A DNA stretch of 47,268 nucleotides. Origin: an uncultured Oscillospiraceae bacterium (lineage in GTDB: Bacteria; Bacillota; Clostridia; Oscillospirales; Acutalibacteraceae). Position 1 is the stretch's first letter. Each line of letters begins with the position of its first letter. Shown here piece after piece: positions 45,462 to 47,268 of this stretch. Made by a program: the position numbers and the translations under genes. The notes beneath the pieces are model-generated. The model searched no databases and was not told where the DNA came from. It worked only from the letters and a program-made list of their open reading frames with translations. The DNA is taken from assembly GCA_900552225.1 (NCBI GenBank), contig URYX01000001.1, forward strand, positions 1 to 47,268. The letters run 5' to 3'.

Positions 45462-46247
45462 ATGGCGGGATTTTGCCCCTTGTTTTCGGGCAGCAGCGGT
45501 AACTGTACCTACATAGCGGCCGAGGGAACCGGGCTGCTGATCGACGCGGGAGTCAGTGCCCGGCGTATCGAGCAGGCCCTGACGGCGCACGAGATCGATC
45601 CGCGCTCGGTGGCGGCGATTGCCGTGACGCATGAGCACAGCGATCATATTGCGGGCCTGCGGGTGCTGTGCAAGCGGTACGGCTACCGCCTGATTGCCTC
45701 GGAGGGAACTCTGCGCGGAGTGGCCAAGGCCGGAATCCCGGTGTCCTCGGAGGATGTGATCGGCCCGGAGGGGGTCACGGTCGGCTCGCTGCAGCTCCGT
45801 GCGTTCCCGACACCGCACGATACCCCGGAGAGCACCGGATACGCGGTGACGCTGCCGGACGGCCGCCGGGTGGCCGTGGCGACGGATATGGGGCATATGA
45901 CGGAGCGCATCCTGCAGGAGCTGTGCGGCTGCGACGCAGTGCTGATCGAATCCAACCACGATGTGTGTATGCTGAAAAACGGGCCGTACCCGTATGTCCT
46001 CAAGCAGAGGATCCTGAGCGAGCGGGGCCACCTGTCGAACGAGGCCTGCGATGCGGCGCTGCCCGCATTGGTGCAGAGCGGAGTCAAGTATCTCTACCTC
46101 GGCCACCTGAGCCGGGAAAACAATCGGCCGGAGCTGGCCTATCGGGCCGCCAAGGAGGCGCTGCAGCGCGCGGGAATCCGTGTCGGAACGGACTGCCGCC
46201 TCGGGGTGGCGCCGCCGGAGGCCGCCCTGCCGACCCTGTGGCTGTAG
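45462..46247 (+). CDS. MBL-fold metallo-hydrolase (YycJ/WalJ-like)
   Basis: FCPLFSGSSGNCTYI, LLIDAG, HxHxDH motif VTHEHSDHIAGL, ESNHD, GHLSN, LGHLSRENN. Confidence 0.85.
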   Translation: MAGFCPLFSGSSGNCTYIAAEGTGLLIDAGVSARRIEQALTAHEIDPRSVAAIAVTHEHSDHIAGLRVLCKRYGYRLIASEGTLRGVAKAGIPVSSEDVIGPEGVTVGSLQLRAFPTPHDTPESTGYAVTLPDGRRVAVATDMGHMTERILQELCGCDAVLIESNHDVCMLKNGPYPYVLKQRILSERGHLSNEACDAALPALVQSGVKYLYLGHLSRENNRPELAYRAAKEALQRAGIRVGTDCRLGVAPPEAALPTLWL

Positions 46248-46413
46248 CCCCTTCGCCCCCGCCATGCTGCCGCCCCGCCATGCTGCCGCCCCCGGCGCCG
46301 CGCCCTTTTTGCTCCCTCTGACGAGGGAGCTGTCGGCGCAGCCGACTGAGGGAGAGAAAAGCCAAAACGCCACTCACGACAAGCCCGCCGTCTCCGTCCG
46401 TCGGCCGGCAGCC

Positions 46414-47268
46414 TCACCCTGCGGACTCGGCCGTTACCGCCCGCACCGTCACCTCCGGCCCCTCCAGGCACAGCACGGCCTGTCCCTCGGGCCAGGCCTG
46501 CTCGGCCAAAAACGCCGGGCGGCAATCGATCAGCCCTCCGTAGGCCTCCGTATTTTCCGTCGGGCGCACCGTCACCCGGCAATGGCTCAGCGTGAGGCCG
46601 CGCACCCCTGCGCCGTACACCAGGAAGCCCGCCTCCGAGACGGCCTCCACCTCCTCCACCGTCACCGGCCCGATGTGCCCTGAGCCGTAGGCACAGATCA
46701 CGGCCGCCTCGCCCTTGCCCCACCAGGCTCCGGCAATAATGCGCGTCTGCATCCGTATCCGCCGGCAGGTTACCTGCTCCACCCATCCGCCGTCGCCCGC
46801 GAACAGCGCAAGACCCCGGTTGGAATCCACCATCACCAGATCCTCGACCGTCACTCCCCGGATCCGGGCATTCAGGTGACCGATCCGCACTCCCGCCGAC
46901 CGCGACCGCATCCGGCACTGACGGATGACGATGTTTTCGCTCTCCTCCTGCGGATCCGTAATGCCGGTCACCGCCACACAGTCATCCCCGCAGGAGAAGG
47001 CGCATCCGACCACCTCCGCCTCCCGGCAGGACGACAAATGCACCCCGTCGCAGTTCGGGATCACCAGCGAGTTGTCCACCTCGATGCCGCAGACCCGCAC
47101 CCGGCGGCAGCAGGAGCACGTCAGCGTCCAGCACGGGGAATCCGTAAGCTTCAGGTCCTCCACCGTCACCTGCGTACAGCGGTGGAAAAAGAGCGGCTGT
47201 GTCGGACGCGGGCGCTTTTGCTGCACCGCCTCGGCACGCTGAGCCTCCGACGGGGCCCTCCCGGCCCC
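46414..47268 (-). CDS. GH28 (polygalacturonase-like) glycoside hydrolase, N-terminus lies beyond the window edge
   Basis: Motifs SPCWTL, IPNCDGVHL, SCGDDCVAV, RSAGVRIGH. The reading frame stays open from the tracked GTG (47226) to base 47268, so the gene continues outside the window. Confidence 0.8.
   Translation of the reverse strand, partial: GAGRAPSEAQRAEAVQQKRPRPTQPLFFHRCTQVTVEDLKLTDSPCWTLTCSCCRRVRVCGIEVDNSLVIPNCDGVHLSSCREAEVVGCAFSCGDDCVAVTGITDPQEESENIVIRQCRMRSRSAGVRIGHLNARIRGVTVEDLVMVDSNRGLALFAGDGGWVEQVTCRRIRMQTRIIAGAWWGKGEAAVICAYGSGHIGPVTVEEVEAVSEAGFLVYGAGVRGLTLSHCRVTVRPTENTEAYGGLIDCRPAFLAEQAWPEGQAVLCLEGPEVTVRAVTAESAG

Overview
Visibly GC-rich, Gram-positive (Clostridia-like) chromosomal segment. 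Supporting signs are an archaeal/eukaryote-type ProRS, a DegV protein, Gram-positive lipoboxes and Thr-rich surface linkers. An Oscillospiraceae/Ruminococcaceae origin is only a guess. I found no rRNA, CRISPR array, transposase, integrase or phage gene.

Bases 1-23550 are one plus-strand carbohydrate-utilisation locus. In order it contains: two paralogous tail-anchored surface proteins; a 949-aa solute-binding protein (SBP) carrying two CBM-like modules; two permeases; a trio of unknown function (an NHL/TPR membrane-anchored protein, a Yip1-family membrane protein and an 897-aa DUF5696-like secreted protein); a second permease pair with a lipoprotein SBP; two paralogous beta-helix enzymes with LamG-like inserts (one a lipoprotein, one cytoplasmic); a short GH78-like protein with a degenerate active-site motif; an AraC regulator; and another beta-helix glycosidase.

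Bases 23600-47268 are mostly housekeeping genes: yfbR-like HD hydrolase, a HlyD/FtsX pair with no ATPase gene, lgt, folD, tRNA-Gly(GCC), DUF1836/DegV, ddl, murF-like, an alpha/beta hydrolase, two cyclophilins, proS, an SDR, an APH-like kinase, tRNA-Leu(UAA), murA, an MBL hydrolase and a GH28 gene cut by the window edge.

The two best candidates for undescribed biology are:
1. The ABC-importer-embedded NHL/TPR-Yip1-DUF5696 module, together with its giant CBM-SBP.
2. A three-gene operon pairing an OYE-type Fe-S flavin ene-reductase with a two-subunit aconitase-X dehydratase.

Many very long ORFs on the opposite strand of real genes are artefacts of stop-poor GC-rich sequence. All family assignments come from motif recognition by eye, not from searches.
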